Source: Planctomycetota bacterium
GTDB lineage: Bacteria; Planctomycetota; Planctomycetia; Planctomycetales; Planctomycetaceae
Assembly (NCBI GenBank): GCA_038040225.1
Contig: JBBPIS010000024.1
Coordinates: forward strand, 4,259 to 68,258
Length of the DNA stretch: 64,000 nt
Direction: 5' to 3'
Below the pieces are notes generated by a model that searched no databases, was not told where the DNA came from, and saw nothing but the letters and a program-made list of their open reading frames with translations. Shown here in pieces: positions 17,445 to 27,585 of the stretch (position 1 is the stretch's first letter; the number at the start of each line of letters is the position of its first letter). The translations under genes and the position numbers were made by a program.

Positions 17445-18494
17445 TCACGCCGGCTCGCCTTCGTCAGCCTTCTCAGCGGGTTCGGGTATCGCCAGTGAGA
17501 CCCCGATTCCAATCGCCAGTGCGACGGCGATCACGGCCAATGAGATCAGCGTGATTTCGCTCGTGCGATCCGTCGGCAGGAAGTCGTGAATCAGCATTTT
17601 GATGCCGACGAGAGCCAGGATTGCCACCAGCGAGAACTTCAGATAACGGAATCTGCCGAGCAGATCGGCCAGAGCGAAGTACAGGCTCCGCAGACCGAGG
17701 ATCGCAAACACATTCGAGGTGAAGACCAGAAACGAATCGTTTGTCAGGCCAATCACGGCGGGAATCGAATCGACCGCGAAGACGAGATCGGTCGTCTCCA
17801 CGATCACGAGTGCCAGGAACAGCGGTGTCATCGCCAGTTTGCCGTCCACCTTCGTGAAGAATCGATCCTGCACGAAGCTCGGATGGAGACGAAAGACCCG
17901 CCGAGCCAGTCGGACCATGAGACTGGTCTCGAAGTCGATCTCTTCGTCCCCCGCGAACAGCATCTTGATCGCTGTCGCCAGCAGGAACAGACCAAACACA
18001 TAAGTCATCCAGTGGAAGCGGTGAATCAGTTCCACACCGATGCCGATCATCACGCCGCGCATCACCAGCGCTCCGAGGATTCCCCACAACAGCACGCGAT
18101 GCTGGTAGGCGGCGGGAACCTGGAAGTAACCCAGCACCAGTGCGATCACGAAGATGTTGTCGACGCTGAGCGACTGCTCCAGGATGTAACCCATGAAGAA
18201 CATGATGGCCGCGTCGCGACCGTTCTTCGGCAGCAGCGAGGCTGTGTGAGCAGCCGCGTGCCCGTCGTGCGCCGCGTCGTCGACGCTCGGCGGGGCGTAG
18301 ACACCAAGTTGAAACCAGTGGCTCTCGTAGGCGAAGTAGACGAAGACCGTGAACAGCATGGCCAGGCAGAAGTAAACGGCCGTTCGCAGGAGGGCCGCTC
18401 GCGCCGTCAGGGCCTTCTTCTCTCCGCGCGTGAACAGTCCCAGATCGAACGCCAGAACCAACAGCACCAGCAGCACAAAAGCCGCCCAAATCAT
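17445..18494 (-). CDS. TerC/Alx family membrane protein
   Basis: EQSLSVDNIFV, QHRVLLWGILGALVMR, ETTDLVFAVDSIPA, TSNVFAILGLRSLYF. Confidence 0.92.
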   Translation of the reverse strand: MIWAAFVLLVLLVLAFDLGLFTRGEKKALTARAALLRTAVYFCLAMLFTVFVYFAYESHWFQLGVYAPPSVDDAAHDGHAAAHTASLLPKNGRDAAIMFFMGYILEQSLSVDNIFVIALVLGYFQVPAAYQHRVLLWGILGALVMRGVMIGIGVELIHRFHWMTYVFGLFLLATAIKMLFAGDEEIDFETSLMVRLARRVFRLHPSFVQDRFFTKVDGKLAMTPLFLALVIVETTDLVFAVDSIPAVIGLTNDSFLVFTSNVFAILGLRSLYFALADLLGRFRYLKFSLVAILALVGIKMLIHDFLPTDRTSEITLISLAVIAVALAIGIGVSLAIPEPAEKADEGEPA

Positions 18495-18646
18495 CTTCCG
18501 TCATCCTTCGGCAAAAGGCAGAGCGACTCGACGGCAACCATGCCTCCGGGCCGGATCAGCGGGGCCGAAGTATAGCGGCGGTCGACTCGTTTGCGCAGCC
18601 TGCCGGGAGAATGAAAACGCGCGAGAAGGGAACGCAGAACAGTTTG

Positions 18647-19102
18647 TCACTCATCCACGTGAGGTCTCTGTCGGCGTTGCTTTGTCTCGGCGTTCATCCG
18701 CTTGTCGGCGACGCGACGCCGTTTTGAGGCCTTGCTTGGTTTGGACTTCTTCCGCGGCTTCGGGGCCACCGCGACGGCGAGCAGCAGCTCGCGCAGCTTG
18801 TCCAGGCAATCCGTGACGTTCTTCAACTGGTCGCGGTACCGCTCGCTGCTCATCACGAGGTCGCCCTCGGTGGTGAGCCTCCGTTTGTAAGCGGCGACGA
18901 ACCGGTCCCGCACGTCGACCGGCAACCCTTCCGACTCGAACAGCGGCCACCGCAGCGTCACCTTCGAGTTCACCTTGTTCACGTTCTGACCGCCGGGCCC
19001 CGAACTGCGTGCAACCCCCCAAGCGAACTCGCGGCACGAGATCCGAATCCGGGGTGAGACCTCAACAATGTCAGAATCGGAGGGAAACATGGCAAATCGC
19101 AT
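18647..19102 (-). CDS. arfB: Alternative ribosome rescue peptidyl-tRNA hydrolase ArfB (YaeJ)
   Basis: RSSGPGGQNVNKVNSKV with GGQ; basic C-terminal tail; exact start uncertain. Confidence 0.9.
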   Translation of the reverse strand: MRFAMFPSDSDIVEVSPRIRISCREFAWGVARSSGPGGQNVNKVNSKVTLRWPLFESEGLPVDVRDRFVAAYKRRLTTEGDLVMSSERYRDQLKNVTDCLDKLRELLLAVAVAPKPRKKSKPSKASKRRRVADKRMNAETKQRRQRPHVDE

Positions 19103-19265
19103 TCGATGACAGACGTTTCATTTTCGAGTCACGCAGGCGGCATCCTGATTCGTGCGGTCTGCTCCGACAAGTCAGCCGTCCGGCGGGTTCACTCGGTGGA
19201 ACGATTTGGTGATCGGGCATAAACTCTCGCCGGACGGTTTCCACTCCCTCTAGGATCGGCAAGTT

Positions 19266-20552
19266 ATGTCCTTCCCTCGCATGATTCGTGTTCGTCAGAA
19301 GTTTGATGCCCGTCGAGTGGCGGATGTTCCGGGGGAGGTGCAGTCTCAACTCGCGTCGCTCAAGCTGGGTGAGACGATCCGCGCAGGGCAGACGGTGGCG
19401 ATCACGGCGGGAAGTCGTGGGATCGCGAACATCGGAAAGATCACTCGCGCGGCGGTCGATCACTTGAAGAGTCTGGGAGCCGTCCCCTTCATCGTGCCGG
19501 CGATGGGAAGCCACGGCGGGGGAACGGCCGAGGGGCAGACGGGGATTCTCGCGGGATACGGCATCACGCCCGAGGCGATGGGCTGCGAGATCCGGGCGTC
19601 GATGGAGACCGTCGTCGTCGATCACACGCCGCAGGGGATCCCGGTTCACTTCGACAAACACGCCTCGCAGGCCGACCATGTGCTGATCGCGGGGCGAGTC
19701 AAGCCGCACACCGGCTTTGTCGGCGACATCGAATCGGGCCTGCACAAGATGATGCTGATCGGCCTCGGCAAACACGCGGGAGCAAAGATCTATCATCGAG
19801 CCATCGCCGACTACAGCTTCACGGAGATCGTCACGGCCGTCGCCGCCGCGGTGATCAAGAAGTGCCGTGTGGTGGGAGGCCTCGCCATCGTCGAGAATGC
19901 CTACGACGAAACGGCTCTGCTCGAAGCGGTCCCGCCTGCACAGTTCTTCGAGCGAGAAAAAGCGCTGCTCAAGCTGGCCACTCAGTGGCTGCCTCGGCTT
20001 CCGTTTGCTTCCGCCGACTTGTTGATCATCGACCGCATCGGCAAGAACATGAGCGGTACCGGGATGGACACGAATGTCATCGGACGCAAGTACAACGACC
20101 ACGCCGGCACTGACAAGGATGTCGCTCGCTGTCGCCGCATCTTTGTCCGCGGGTTGACCGAGGAAACGCACGGTAATGCCACCGGCATCGGCATGGCCGA
20201 GTTCACCAATCAGCGAACGGTCGATTCGATTGACCAGAAGATCACGGTGATCAACTGCCTCACCGGCCTGCATCCGCCGGCCGCCATGACACCGATTGCC
20301 TTTGAGACCGATCGCGAAGTCGTCACGGCCGCACTGCAAACGGTGGGACTCGTCGAACCCCCGCAGTCGAGGGTCATCCAGATCTCGAACACGCTGCAAC
20401 TTGCCGAGTGCCTCGTCAGCGAAGCCTACCTCGCCGAACTCGCCGGGCGAGATGACCTCACCGCGCTGACCGAACCCACCGACATGACCTTCGACGACCG
20501 AGGCAACCTGCTCGACGTTGCGGCGGCGTCCCACGGATCGTCGCGCCACTGA
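19266..20552 (+). CDS. LarA/DUF2088 lactate-racemase-domain protein
   Basis: GSRGIANI, PAMGSHGG, RVKPHT.F, GMDTNVIGR. Confidence 0.8.
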   Translation: MSFPRMIRVRQKFDARRVADVPGEVQSQLASLKLGETIRAGQTVAITAGSRGIANIGKITRAAVDHLKSLGAVPFIVPAMGSHGGGTAEGQTGILAGYGITPEAMGCEIRASMETVVVDHTPQGIPVHFDKHASQADHVLIAGRVKPHTGFVGDIESGLHKMMLIGLGKHAGAKIYHRAIADYSFTEIVTAVAAAVIKKCRVVGGLAIVENAYDETALLEAVPPAQFFEREKALLKLATQWLPRLPFASADLLIIDRIGKNMSGTGMDTNVIGRKYNDHAGTDKDVARCRRIFVRGLTEETHGNATGIGMAEFTNQRTVDSIDQKITVINCLTGLHPPAAMTPIAFETDREVVTAALQTVGLVEPPQSRVIQISNTLQLAECLVSEAYLAELAGRDDLTALTEPTDMTFDDRGNLLDVAAASHGSSRH

Positions 20553-20565
20553 ATTCGTCGAACAC

Positions 20566-20649
20566 GTAGGGTGCGTGGAGTCTTCGTAACGCACCGGTTT
20601 GAGTTTGACCTTCGACGATGGTGCGTTCCGAAGACTTCACGCACCCTAC
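20566..20649. repeat. REPIN: inverted pair of GTAG-type REPs
   Basis: GTAGGGTGCGTGGAGTCTTCGTAACGCACC (20566-20595) and reverse copy GTAGGGTGCGTGAAGTCTTCGGAACGCACC (20620-20649). Confidence 0.85.
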
Positions 20650-20672
20650 TGCTTCGTTGAGAACCACGAGCC

Positions 20673-21344
20673 ATGCTGCCGATGTCATTTCTGTTGGCGC
20701 TGACGAGTTACCTCGCCGGCTCGATTCCGTTCGGGCTGATGATCGGCAGGGCCGTGAAGGGGGTCGATCTGCGGCAGCATGGGAGCGGCAACATCGGGGC
20801 GACCAATGCCGGCAGAGTGCTCGGCAAGAAATGGGGTCTGGTTTGCCTGGGGCTCGATGCGCTGAAGGGCTTGCTCCCCGTGGCGCTGCTGCCTCGATTG
20901 CTGTTTGGAGTGGATGAACCAGCGCTGGCTCATTTGACGGTGCTGGCGGGCGTCTCGACCATCGTGGGCCACATGTTTTCGTGCTGGCTCGGCTTTCGAG
21001 GCGGCAAGGGAGTGGCAACGTCGCTGGGCGTGGTCGCAATGCTCAGCCCGTGGGGCTTGCTCGCCGGAGCGATTGCGTTCTTCGGCGCGTTTGCAATCTG
21101 GCGGATCGTCTCGCTGAGTTCGATGATCGCTGCCGTCACCTTCGGGGTCTGCCAGTTGGCAATGCTCAGACCCTCGCCGTTCGCGGGCGAGACGTGGAGC
21201 CAGGGGCTGTTCGCCATCGCGGTACCGCTGCTGATCCTGTTCCAACATCGAAGCAACGTGCGGCGGCTGCTCCGGGGAGAGGAATCACGATTTGGAAAAA
21301 CGGTGGACGTGAAAGAGACGAGCGGGAAAGAAACGAAGGGCTGA
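20673..21344 (+). CDS. plsY: Glycerol-3-phosphate acyltransferase PlsY
   Basis: YLAGSIPFG, GSGNIGATNA.R, DALKG, GH.FS...F.GGKGVAT, HRSNV.RL..GEE. Confidence 0.95.
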   Translation: MLPMSFLLALTSYLAGSIPFGLMIGRAVKGVDLRQHGSGNIGATNAGRVLGKKWGLVCLGLDALKGLLPVALLPRLLFGVDEPALAHLTVLAGVSTIVGHMFSCWLGFRGGKGVATSLGVVAMLSPWGLLAGAIAFFGAFAIWRIVSLSSMIAAVTFGVCQLAMLRPSPFAGETWSQGLFAIAVPLLILFQHRSNVRRLLRGEESRFGKTVDVKETSGKETKG

Positions 21345-21384
21345 TGTCCTCCGCACGTGCCGACTCAAAGGGGGTACGTCCTGC

Positions 21385-21615
21385 TCAACAGACTTCGACC
21401 TCATTCATCACGAGGGCATCGTCGGCCGCTTCCATCGCGGCGTGAGTCACGAGTTGCTTGTTGTAATAAGTCGACGTGCGGCCCGAGATGATCACGCACC
21501 CATCAATGACGTGGACCCGCAGCCCACGGACTCGGCCGCCGGTTTTTGACTGCACCGCGAGTTCGATCTGTTCTGCCAGTACTTCGGGGCCGGGGACGAA
21601 CAACGTAGCACTCAT
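21385..21615 (-). CDS. Small BON-like domain protein
   Basis: GGRVRGLRV...ISGRTSTYYNKQLV.HA...NEVEV; AAGGAGG RBS upstream. Confidence 0.75.
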   Translation of the reverse strand: MSATLFVPGPEVLAEQIELAVQSKTGGRVRGLRVHVIDGCVIISGRTSTYYNKQLVTHAAMEAADDALVMNEVEVC

Positions 21616-22131
21616 GACAATCCTCCTTGAAAACCAACTGCCTCGCGGGAGACGGCACTTCCGTCGTAACACCCTTTGAGGCTTGAAACCATTCGTCTCG
21701 CAGCGAGCACGAATGACGAGCGACCTTTGGAACCGACTGGTGATGTGGAAGTAGTTCGTGGCTCACATCCCATGCGGCTCACGAAACCCTCAACAAATGT
21801 GACCAACAACGAACAGAGATTCGTGAATGGGCTTCCCTGCACCCGTTTCAACCTCCCTGTTACACTGACTCACGATTATTTGCCAGCTTGAAACGGTGTT
21901 TGGCGATTCAGGACTCGGATCGACAAGATGCATTGGCCCGGCCAGCCCTGCCTGCTCGACGCGACAACAAAATACCCAACGCTCGTGTTGATCGTCAAAC
22001 ATAATCTTCGTAACCGGCCAGAATTCTGAAGATCGCCCCGCCGAAAAAAGCTGACTGAGTTGACGAGGCAACGCAGGCAAGACTGCCTCGCTCAAGTGAA
22101 ATGACCTGCCCGCTCATCGAGAACACCCGAC

Positions 22132-23190
22132 ATGCAAGACGTCCCCCTTCAGTTCCTCAAGGATCTGCTTCACGCCCCCAGTCCGTCGGGTTATGAACGA
22201 CCCGTGCAGGATGTGGTCCGTCGATTTGCGAAGGGCTTCGCCCATGATGTGAAGACCGACTGGCATGGCAATGTGGTGGCGTCAGTCAACCCGACAGGTT
22301 CGCCGCGCATCATGCTGGCCGGTCATTGCGATCAGATTGGACTGCTGGTCAAGCACATCGACGACAAGGGCTACCTGTGGGTCCACGCCATCGGAGGCTG
22401 GGATCCTCAGGTGTTGATTGGCCAGAACGTGCAGGTCTGGACGAAGGGCGGTCCCGTGGCGGGAGTGATCGCGCGAAAGCCGATTCACCTGCAAACGCCC
22501 GACGATCGCAAGACGGTCGCCGAGATCAAGAACCTGTGGGTCGACATCGCCGCGAAGGACGAAGCCGAAGCGCGGGAGATCGTGGCCATTGGCGATCCGA
22601 TCACCGTCGCACTGGGTTTTCGCGAACTGAGGAACGGCTTCGCCGCAGCCCCCGGCATGGACAACAAGGTTGGGGCTTGGACCGTGATGACGGCTGCCGA
22701 ACGAGTCGCGAAGGGGAACCCCAAGGCAGCCGTCTTCGCCGTCTCGACTGTTCAGGAAGAGATCGGCCTGCGCGGGGTGCAGACCAGCGCATTCCAGATC
22801 GATCCGCAACTCGGCATCGTGGTGGATGTGACTCACGCGACCGACTGCCCAACGATTGATGAGACTCAATTCGGACGGATCAAGGTCGGAAAAGGCCCCG
22901 TACTCTATCGCGGTCCCAACGTGAACCCGGTTGTGTTCGAGCGGCTTGTTGAACGAGCGAGCGCGGCTGAGATCCCCGTTCAGATCAACGGCCTCGCGAC
23001 CGCGGCGAGCAACGACGCGGCCGAACTGCAACTGACGCGCGGCGGCGTCGCCACGGGACTCGTCTGCATTCCCAACCGTTACATGCACAGTCCCGTTGAA
23101 GTGGTGTCGCTCAACGACCTTGATCAGGCTGCCGAGTTGATCGCCCGATTCTGCCTGTCTGTCGATGCGACGAGCGACTTCACACCGTAG
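22132..23190 (+). CDS. M42 family metallopeptidase
   Basis: AGHCDQIG, DNKVG, QEEIG, DVTH, RYMHSPVE. Confidence 0.92.
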   Translation: MQDVPLQFLKDLLHAPSPSGYERPVQDVVRRFAKGFAHDVKTDWHGNVVASVNPTGSPRIMLAGHCDQIGLLVKHIDDKGYLWVHAIGGWDPQVLIGQNVQVWTKGGPVAGVIARKPIHLQTPDDRKTVAEIKNLWVDIAAKDEAEAREIVAIGDPITVALGFRELRNGFAAAPGMDNKVGAWTVMTAAERVAKGNPKAAVFAVSTVQEEIGLRGVQTSAFQIDPQLGIVVDVTHATDCPTIDETQFGRIKVGKGPVLYRGPNVNPVVFERLVERASAAEIPVQINGLATAASNDAAELQLTRGGVATGLVCIPNRYMHSPVEVVSLNDLDQAAELIARFCLSVDATSDFTP

Positions 23191-23202
23191 AGCCGTAAAA
23201 CG

Positions 23203-23349
23203 GAAATCCCAAGCACGAAGTTCCAAACACCAAACGAATCTCAAATCCCAAACAATCGAAATTCCAAACGGCTCCGTCGGGGACGTTTCTGTCATTGAGA
23301 TTTGGTGTTTGTGATTCGTTTGGGCTTTGGTCCTTGAAGTTTGGAGTTT
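23203..23349. repeat. 7-mer-periodic long inverted repeat (CCAAAC/GAATC type)
   Basis: CCAAACACCAAACGAATCTCAAATC versus GATTTGGTGTTTGTGATTCGTTTGG. Confidence 0.75.
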
Positions 23350-23433
23350 GTCCGCCGCCCGTTGCCACGATTCCGAATCATTTGCTAGAGTCCGTCGCTC
23401 CCATCACGATTCCGCAGGAGGCTTTGGCCACAC

Positions 23434-24225
23434 ATGGCACGATTCACACAGGCCGATTTGATGGAACTCAACAAGTCGTTTGAGGACCGTTCGCCGGAGG
23501 ACCTGCTGCGCTGGACGAAGGTCGTCTTCGGCGAGCGGGTTGTCGCCCTGACCGCCATGCAAATGGCGGGCAGCGTCGTCTGTCACATGATCAGCGCGAT
23601 GAAGCTGGGCATGAAGGTGGTGTTCGTCGATACGGGCGTCAATTTCCAGGAGACACTCGACACGCGCGACCGCCTCGCCCGCGAGTACGGGCTGGAGATC
23701 ATCACGCTGCATCCCCAGCAGACGATGGAAGAGCAGACCAGGCAACACGGAGTCCTCTATCTGTCACCCGAGGGCCAGAAGCAGTGTTGCGACATGCGGA
23801 AGACCGAGCCGCTGCTGGCGACGCGCGGGCAGTTCGACTGCCTGATTGGAAGCCTGCGCCGCGCCGAGGGGGGAGCCCGCGGCGGCTGTCCGATTCTCTC
23901 CGTCGATCCGCCGATGAACTGCGTGCGAATCAATCCGCTCGCCAACTTCAGCAACGACGAGATGGACACGTATGTTGCCGACCACAACGTCATCGTCAAC
24001 CCGCTGCATGAGCAGGGTTTCTCGACGATCAGTTGCAACCGCTGCACGACGCCTGTGCTTCCGAACGAACCCAAGCGAGCCGGCCGCTGGCGACACCTCG
24101 GCCCGTGGTCTGTTTACTGCGGCATCAATCCGACGGACCTCGCCGGCGGAACGTCCCTCGCCATCGACATCCCCCAGGAACTAATCGACCGCCTCCTTGG
24201 CCGCACCACCGACTTCAGCATCTAA
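23434..24225 (+). CDS. cysH: APS/PAPS reductase (CC...CxxC Fe-S type)
   Basis: [32 protein letters not shown]-terminal YCGIN. Confidence 0.88.
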   Translation: MARFTQADLMELNKSFEDRSPEDLLRWTKVVFGERVVALTAMQMAGSVVCHMISAMKLGMKVVFVDTGVNFQETLDTRDRLAREYGLEIITLHPQQTMEEQTRQHGVLYLSPEGQKQCCDMRKTEPLLATRGQFDCLIGSLRRAEGGARGGCPILSVDPPMNCVRINPLANFSNDEMDTYVADHNVIVNPLHEQGFSTISCNRCTTPVLPNEPKRAGRWRHLGPWSVYCGINPTDLAGGTSLAIDIPQELIDRLLGRTTDFSI

Positions 24226-24240
24226 CCAATTCATGACCTC

Positions 24241-24264
24241 GTAGATGAGTTCGCAAGAACTCAT
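24241..24264 (+). repeat. Single GTAG-type REP-like hairpin
   Basis: GTAG-ATGAGTTC-GCAA-GAACTCAT. Confidence 0.6.
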
Positions 24265-24377
24265 TTCCTGATCGTGTGCTGGGAGGAATCAAACGGGGGC
24301 CGAATTGCAGTTGTCGCGCGGTTTTGCTATCTCCCGCGCCGCTTTTACGACCGCAGACGCCACCGGGAGTCGCTGAC

Positions 24378-25514
24378 ATGGTTTCACAGGGAAGTGGTCG
24401 CCCTCTCGGCGGTGCTCAACGGGAAAGCAGGATTGCTGTCGCTCCTTCGGCCTCTGAGACTTCCAGGACCACGGCGGACTCGTTGATTGACGTGCTTCAA
24501 CAGCGAGGTTTCGAAGCCGAACAGGTGCGCGACGGTGATTCGTCCGCGCAGCAGGCCGGGCTGTTGATCCTGGTGGGACATGGAATGGATTTCCCACGTT
24601 GGGCGGCTCAGTTTGTCGAGCCAACACCGCGACCGCGCACGTTGCTGTGGCAACTGGAGCCGCTGCCGCCGCCGGGGACGACGGATGGCATGCACGCGAT
24701 TGGGCGGCAGATCGCCCGGGCGGGGTGGCAGGAATGCATTGGTGGGCCGGGGCGTTTCTTGGAAGGCCGCGTGCCATTGCCCCGAGTGGTTCGGGGTCTC
24801 GTGCGGCGTTGGCATGCAGCGAGATTGCGGCGAGAACTGCTTCGGGTTGGCGGTCATGAGTGGGATTTCGGCGCGGGGTGCATGATGCAGAACGCGATTT
24901 GGTTGCACACACATGCGATCGGGCCGAGCCGCTGGATTGACGACCTCGTGTGCAGCCTGCCGACTCGGGTGGAGTATCTGCGGGAGCAGGGGATCCCGTC
25001 GCGTTTTGTACCGGTCGGATACCACCGTCTGTGGGGAGAAGACCGTCAGCGGCCGCGCGACATCGACATGCTGTTCATCGGCCGACTGCGTGCGATTCGA
25101 CGTGCGAGGCAGGTGCGCGCCGTGGTCGGACGGCTCAATCGGCTGGGCTTCAAAGCCGTCATCGCTCCGCTGGAGACGTTGGGAGAGGCTCGGACCGAGT
25201 TGCTGAGCAGAACGAAGATTGTGCTGAATATATTGAACTTCCCCTGGGAGTTTCCCGGCATGCGGTTACTGATGGCGATCGGCTGTGGAGCGTTGGTCGT
25301 TTCGGAGGTGTGCGCGGATACGCGCCCGTGGATTGCCGGAGAGCATTTCGTTCCCGTGACGAGTTCGACAACCGTCGAAACATTGGTTTCTTTGTTGAAC
25401 GACGATTCGTGTCGCGAGGCCCTGGCGCGGCGAGCTCGTGACTGCCTGCTCGCACAGAACACAATGGCGCATTCGGTGGACCAACTGCTGATCAAGGCCA
25501 GATCCTGCTGCTGA
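24378..25514 (+). CDS. Glycosyltransferase-like protein (GT-B, CgeB-type C-terminus)
   Basis: RDIDMLFIG, LSRTKIVLNI, MRLLMAIGCGALVVSE; ATG 24378 chosen. Confidence 0.7.
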   Translation: MVSQGSGRPLGGAQRESRIAVAPSASETSRTTADSLIDVLQQRGFEAEQVRDGDSSAQQAGLLILVGHGMDFPRWAAQFVEPTPRPRTLLWQLEPLPPPGTTDGMHAIGRQIARAGWQECIGGPGRFLEGRVPLPRVVRGLVRRWHAARLRRELLRVGGHEWDFGAGCMMQNAIWLHTHAIGPSRWIDDLVCSLPTRVEYLREQGIPSRFVPVGYHRLWGEDRQRPRDIDMLFIGRLRAIRRARQVRAVVGRLNRLGFKAVIAPLETLGEARTELLSRTKIVLNILNFPWEFPGMRLLMAIGCGALVVSEVCADTRPWIAGEHFVPVTSSTTVETLVSLLNDDSCREALARRARDCLLAQNTMAHSVDQLLIKARSCC

Positions 25515-25675
25515 CGCCCCGCCGGTGCCCGGCGGCGTGCTGTTCAGTTTTCTCGCAACTGGCCAAGGTCCGAATTCCATGTTGGCTCAATCGGTCAATT
25601 CTGTTACAGGACCGCCACGAACAGCGGTCGCTTCGTGCGCACGTGGGAATGCTCATTCCATGATGGGTTGCAAAG

Positions 25676-26887
25676 TTGGTTTCAGACAGCCGGGTCTCGA
25701 TTCCTGTGTACCGTCCCGCCATTGGTCCGGAAGATCTTGCGGCTGTGGGACAGGTGTTGCACGGGCGCTGGCTGGGTCCGGGGGAGCAGACCCGGCAGTT
25801 TGAAGATCGGGTGCGGGCACTCGCGGGCACGCGGCACGCGATCGCGGTCAGCAGTTGCACCGCCGCACTGCACTTGGCGCTGGAGGCGCTGGACCTTGAG
25901 ACGGGCGACGAAGTCATCGTGCCATCGTTGACGTACTGCGCGGACGTGCAGGCGATTCTGGCGGCGGGGGGCACTCCGGTCTTTTGCGAGGTGAGTCCCG
26001 AGACCCTGAACCTCGACGCCGACGACGCATTGGCGCGAATCACTTCCCGCACGCGAGCCATCTTGCCCGTGCATTTCGCCGGACAGGTCTGCGATATGGA
26101 ACGCCTTTGGGCCGCCACGCGGGAAGCGGGAATCGCTCTGATTGCCGATGCGGCGCATGCCTTCGGATCGTCGCGGACCGGGCGTCCGGTCGGGCAGTTG
26201 GCTGACGCCACCTGTTTCAGCTTTGGTCCGCTCAAGAACATCACCTGTGGTGATGGCGGTGCCATTACCACGGACGATGATGGACTGGCAGAACGAGTCG
26301 CACGGCGCCGGCAATTGGGATTCGCCTCCGACACTTGGACGCGGCTGACTCAGCAGCGGACCGGGAAGTATGCGGTGATCGATCACGGATTTCGGTATCA
26401 CCTGAATAACCTTGCCGCGGCATTGGGGCTCAGCCAACTTTCCAGGCTGGAGAGCTTTCGACAGCGTCGTCTCACGCTGGCGAAGTTCTACGACCGGGCG
26501 TTTGCGTCGTTGCCGAACCTCTGCTTGCTGGTGCGTTGCGATCTCGAAGCATTTCCTCACATGTATGTCGTGCGAGTGCTCGACGGAAGCCGCGATGCGC
26601 TGGTCGAGCACTTGCAGCAACAGCGAATCGAAACCGCTGTGCAGTATCCGCCGAATCATCTTCAACCGGCCTTCGCTGCATTCGGGCAACCGCTGCCTGT
26701 CACGGAGCAACTGGCTGAGCAGATCGTGTCGCTGCCATTCTTCGTCGAGATGACCTCGGCGGAACAACAGTGTGTGATTGCAGCGGTCGTGGAATTCATG
26801 CGGTCCGACACGGTCAGCGGCAGCGACAGTTCGTGCATCCCGATGGTCGCCGATTTCGCGGCGCGGGAGGTTCCGCATGCAGCCTGA
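25676..26887 (+). CDS. DegT/DnrJ/EryC1/StrS PLP-dependent sugar aminotransferase
   Basis: SSCTAALHLAL, PVHFAG, DAAHAFG, SFGPLKNITCGDGG, GFRYHL. Confidence 0.93.
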   Translation: MVSDSRVSIPVYRPAIGPEDLAAVGQVLHGRWLGPGEQTRQFEDRVRALAGTRHAIAVSSCTAALHLALEALDLETGDEVIVPSLTYCADVQAILAAGGTPVFCEVSPETLNLDADDALARITSRTRAILPVHFAGQVCDMERLWAATREAGIALIADAAHAFGSSRTGRPVGQLADATCFSFGPLKNITCGDGGAITTDDDGLAERVARRRQLGFASDTWTRLTQQRTGKYAVIDHGFRYHLNNLAAALGLSQLSRLESFRQRRLTLAKFYDRAFASLPNLCLLVRCDLEAFPHMYVVRVLDGSRDALVEHLQQQRIETAVQYPPNHLQPAFAAFGQPLPVTEQLAEQIVSLPFFVEMTSAEQQCVIAAVVEFMRSDTVSGSDSSCIPMVADFAAREVPHAA

Positions 26888-27539
26888 CCGTGGTGTTGCG
26901 ATTCAGAAGGTGCTGATCCTGGGGACGCGGGTCTTCGCTGAGGAAGTCGCCGATCTCGTGCGCGAGACGCCGGGTCTCGAATTGGCGGGGTTCGTCGAAA
27001 ACCTGGAGCCCGACCGTTGCCGGGAGCAGCTTGACAGCCAGCCGATCTACTGGATCGATGACTGCCGACCGCTGGCAGCGGACCACCGAGCCTTATGCGG
27101 CATCGGGACCACGCACCGCCGACGGTTTGTCGATGCAGCGGCCGAGCGGGGCCTGTCCTTCGCCACGTTGGTGCATCCGACGGCTCGTGTTTCACTGACA
27201 ACGCCGCTGGGTTCGGGCTGCATCATCAGCGCTGGAGTGATGATCGCCGCCAAGAGTTCGCTGGGCGAACATGTGATTGTCAATCGCGGCGCCCTGATCG
27301 GACATCACACGACGATCGGAAGCTTCACGACGATTGGCCCGGGGGCCAACATCGCCGGCAGATGCCGCATCGGACAGGGAGTGTATGTGGCGATGTCGGC
27401 GGTCGTGATTGACGGCACCACCATCGGTGACGGCAGCGTGGTCGGGGCAGGTGCGGTCGTCACCAAAGACGTTCCGCCGCACACGCAGGTGATGGGCGTG
27501 CCGGCTCGCATCGTCAAAGAGAACATTGAAGGTCGATGA
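26877..27539 (+). CDS. NeuD/PglD-like hexapeptide-repeat sugar acyltransferase
   Basis: TLVHPTA, HHTTIG, IGDGSVVGAGAVVTKDVP, GVPAR. Confidence 0.9.
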   Translation: MQPDRGVAIQKVLILGTRVFAEEVADLVRETPGLELAGFVENLEPDRCREQLDSQPIYWIDDCRPLAADHRALCGIGTTHRRRFVDAAAERGLSFATLVHPTARVSLTTPLGSGCIISAGVMIAAKSSLGEHVIVNRGALIGHHTTIGSFTTIGPGANIAGRCRIGQGVYVAMSAVVIDGTTIGDGSVVGAGAVVTKDVPPHTQVMGVPARIVKENIEGR

Positions 27540-27585
27540 GGCCGGAAATCCGTCGTCGCTCCATTGGCGCTTCCGAGTTGCAAAC

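Noticed and set aside
18495-18646. yybP-ykoY riboswitch upstream of TerC
   Set aside because: Conserved GGGGAGUA-type segments not found.
21616-22131. Possible ncRNA in a 500-nt divergent intergenic region
   Set aside because: No tmRNA, RNase P, SRP or riboswitch signature recognised; consistent with two promoters.
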